Of a stretch of 64,000 bases of DNA, positions 61,936 to 64,000 are shown piece after piece. Under the pieces are notes generated by a model that was not told where the DNA came from, did no database searches, and saw only the letters and a list, made by a program, of their open reading frames with translations. The DNA is from an uncultured virus (IMG/VR IMGVR_UViG_3300050343_000130) (lineage: Duplodnaviria; Heunggongvirae; Uroviricota; Caudoviricetes; Crassvirales): IMG/VR virus record IMGVR_UViG_3300050343_000130; one strand, written 5' to 3'. Made by a program: the position numbers and the translations under genes. The stretch's first letter is position 1; every line of letters begins with the position of its first letter.

Positions 61936-62688
61936 TTAAAGATAATCAATTACTTGGTTGCTGTCGACATTAGCGATTAAATGGTCGATTGCTTCTTTTT
62001 TAATCTGCGAAACTATAACAGTTGCAGTCGGAACTTTGAGACCAATATAGTCTGCTATTTCTTTTGCAGAATGTTTGTTGCAATCTAAACCATAAAATAA
62101 TCTAACTACGTCGTATTGTTTTGATGTTAAATGTTCTTGCATTAGACTAAGCAAATAAGTGTTTAGTAAAGCTATGTTATATGGCTCGGACTTATCAGGT
62201 AATTGATAAGCAAAGTTATCTTCATCGGCTGGTGTTATATCATAACTTGAAAACATACTATTAAAAAACAACGCTACCATCTTATCATCTTTAGGGTTCT
62301 TGCGTATTTCATTTAGCTTGTGTTCTGGTATTTTAATATCGCCTCTGTTAATATCTATTGATCTTCTTATAGCTCCTTTAATTCTTTTACTTAGAAATGA
62401 CTTCAATGTTTTTTCAATGTCCTCTGATTCGTTTAAAACATCCCAGTCTAATCTGTCCACAGCTTTAGTTAATCCTGCACCGCCTTCTTGCAATAGATCA
62501 TTGATACTTAAAACTCCCGAAGCCTGCTGTGTTGTTGAAAACTTGCGAGCTAGATTTTCTACCAACGGCAGAAATCTAATTATAAGTTTATCTCTTGATA
62601 ATTCACTATAGCCAATGTCTTCATCAGGCATAGATGACTTAACATCTTCTTTATACCTAATGTAATTCTGTATATTATATTTTTTCAT
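61936..62688 (-). CDS. sigma70-family RNA polymerase sigma factor
   Basis: Region 2 LPLVENLARKF...DLLQEG..GL.KAVDR...IKGAIRRSI; region 4 LT.KQ.DVV.LFYGL...SAKEIA. Confidence 0.85.
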   Translation of the reverse strand: MKKYNIQNYIRYKEDVKSSMPDEDIGYSELSRDKLIIRFLPLVENLARKFSTTQQASGVLSINDLLQEGGAGLTKAVDRLDWDVLNESEDIEKTLKSFLSKRIKGAIRRSIDINRGDIKIPEHKLNEIRKNPKDDKMVALFFNSMFSSYDITPADEDNFAYQLPDKSEPYNIALLNTYLLSLMQEHLTSKQYDVVRLFYGLDCNKHSAKEIADYIGLKVPTATVIVSQIKKEAIDHLIANVDSNQVIDYL

Positions 62689-62694
62689 TACTCA

Positions 62695-63315
62695 TTATAA
62701 TTGCTGGTTTAATAGTTCTTTTTCTCGTCTTAATTCATTTGTCATATTTCTATGCACTGTACGTGTTGAACAACCTAACATTATACTTATCTTTGATATA
62801 TTGATTTTTTGTTTATTATCATTTAATATAAGCATACTATCATATATTTCAGCAGCCGATAGCTTTTGTCTACCAACCATCTGGCCTACTATAGATAGCT
62901 TTTGTCTCATATCTAAACCGCAGTGATCTTTGAATATAACCTTACGCAATTTATTTGGTGGTGGTTTTTCTAAGTCCTGCATTGATACATCATATACCAT
63001 GCTCTGCATTAATTGTTCTGATACTTTAAAAGTAACAAATCCATTTCTATTATCGCAGACGTATCGTGTTAATGCTGTAAAAGCATCAGCATCCATTTGG
63101 GGATTCAAGTACCATAATACGTACAAGTGCCACTTTAAAGATCTATATGTAGTTATCTTTGCTCTTGATGCAAACAAGTTATAACATTCATGGGTACCGT
63201 CTGCATAAAAATCACCCCAGGCAAATTGCTCTGTTGGTTTATCGCTGATCGGATTACGCCTGTATATTACTCTATGCCTGTTAAGATAATCTTTATTTCT
63301 TTCGTACTGTGACAT
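62695..63315 (-). CDS. DNA-binding protein with C-terminal HTH (possible replication initiator)
   Basis: ISKISIMLGCSTRTVHRNM HTH; start codon lies inside spaced palindrome. Confidence 0.6.
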   Translation of the reverse strand: MSQYERNKDYLNRHRVIYRRNPISDKPTEQFAWGDFYADGTHECYNLFASRAKITTYRSLKWHLYVLWYLNPQMDADAFTALTRYVCDNRNGFVTFKVSEQLMQSMVYDVSMQDLEKPPPNKLRKVIFKDHCGLDMRQKLSIVGQMVGRQKLSAAEIYDSMLILNDNKQKINISKISIMLGCSTRTVHRNMTNELRREKELLNQQL

Positions 63316-63354
63316 TAGCCTGTTACTATTATTATTATACTACCTATCGTCCCT
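63308..63354. promoter_or_regulatory. spaced palindrome (11-N25-11), second copy
   Basis: TGTGACATTAG-N25-CTATCGTCCCT overlapping the start of the 62695-63315 gene. Confidence 0.5.
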
Positions 63355-63547
63355 ATATGGACAAATACTTTAATCTTCTGTTATATTTAAGAAAAAGCTG
63401 GCTTTTTATTTTTGCCATCTCATAATTATCTTCTATAACATATAATACTATGCTGTTATGAAGCTCTGTTATTGCCTGTTCTAAAATTCTTTTGTGGTGC
63501 CGCTTTCTTCGGCTTTCGATAAGCTTTAATTTTATTGCTAATTCCAT
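63353..63547 (-). CDS. hypothetical protein
   Basis: 64-aa ORF in operon. Confidence 0.55.
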   Translation of the reverse strand: MELAIKLKLIESRRKRHHKRILEQAITELHNSIVLYVIEDNYEMAKIKSQLFLKYNRRLKYLSI

Positions 63548-63999
63548 TGTAATTCGTGCTTATTAAGTGGTCTACTAATTTTTTGCTCATTTTTATTTGC
63601 TATTTTACATTTATCTAATTCATAATAATTCCAGTATGCTCTAATACTATCACCCTCGACCTTGTATTCGTCTGGCATACATTGAGGTGGTTCTTCGAAA
63701 GTACCTGTTGGTATTCCTGGAGGTGGGGTAGCTAAAATATCTTTGCATTTTGTAATTGTTAAGTGAGTTTTATTATATCTATTTGTGTATTCTTTACCAA
63801 GTGCTAACATATGATTATATAACCATAAGTATTGCGATTTATTTGTTCTGCACCATATAGTTGACGGATGATTTAAATGTGCTTTCTTATATGGAACGTT
63901 GTTATTACCTAGTGCTATATGAGCCGTACAAAGCATTTGTGCTGACTCTAAGATCATTTTAACTTTATGCTTATCATAAAAGTAACTAGCTGAAACAAC
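63538..63999 (-). CDS. pyrimidine-dimer DNA glycosylase (DenV-like family), 5' end outside window
   Basis: DKH.VKMILESAQML, H.NHPSTIW, PQCMPD motifs; frame open to window edge. Confidence 0.7.
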   Translation of the reverse strand, partial: VVSASYFYDKHKVKMILESAQMLCTAHIALGNNNVPYKKAHLNHPSTIWCRTNKSQYLWLYNHMLALGKEYTNRYNKTHLTITKCKDILATPPPGIPTGTFEEPPQCMPDEYKVEGDSIRAYWNYYELDKCKIANKNEQKISRPLNKHELQWN

Positions 64000-64000
64000 A

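Noticed and set aside
3780..63184. Many antisense or alternate-frame ORFs in the track (e.g. 6333-6647, 17809-18234, 52863-53330, 57869-58354)
   Set aside because: They lie within well-supported genes, have no recognisable motifs, and look like shadow frames.

Overview
About 64 kb of an AT-rich tailed dsDNA phage genome, inferred to be podovirus-like with a probable Bacteroidota/Flavobacteriia host (A-rich leaders, no Shine-Dalgarno, crAss-like head/tail gene order). Layout: (i) 1-2400, minus strand: small early genes behind six copies of a conserved promoter-like motif, ending in a tRNA/tmRNA-like RNA. (ii) 2400-2866: divergent non-coding region with TGTCAT repeats and a spaced palindrome. 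(iii) 2867-52340, plus strand: holin, modular tail fibres and LamG proteins, GroEL/GroES, a cluster of small basic SPxK-motif proteins, terminase, portal, scaffold, major capsid, tail proteins, three putative ejection proteins and an amidase endolysin. (iv) 52474-64000, minus strand: nrdA/nrdB, endonuclease, MazG fusion, thyA, primase-helicase, SSB, RecE-like nuclease, ERF, sigma factor, HTH/Rep-like protein and DenV-like glycosylase. The most striking observation is the ~2850-aa putative ejected protein. It looks like a self-processing polyprotein: an HExxH metallopeptidase, then a sigma70 region-2-like domain, an unknown domain, a HAD phosphatase and a C-terminal domain, each separated by a repeated AK[LFM]S[KR]S motif. 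An injected sigma could read the early ACA-N5-AATACGA-N8-CGATAATATA promoters. A second candidate processing or packaging system is the SP[AFLMIGS]K protein family with its own small HExxH peptidase. About ten single-base frameshifts, several in essential genes, are most likely sequencing errors. All family assignments are by eye, without database searches.
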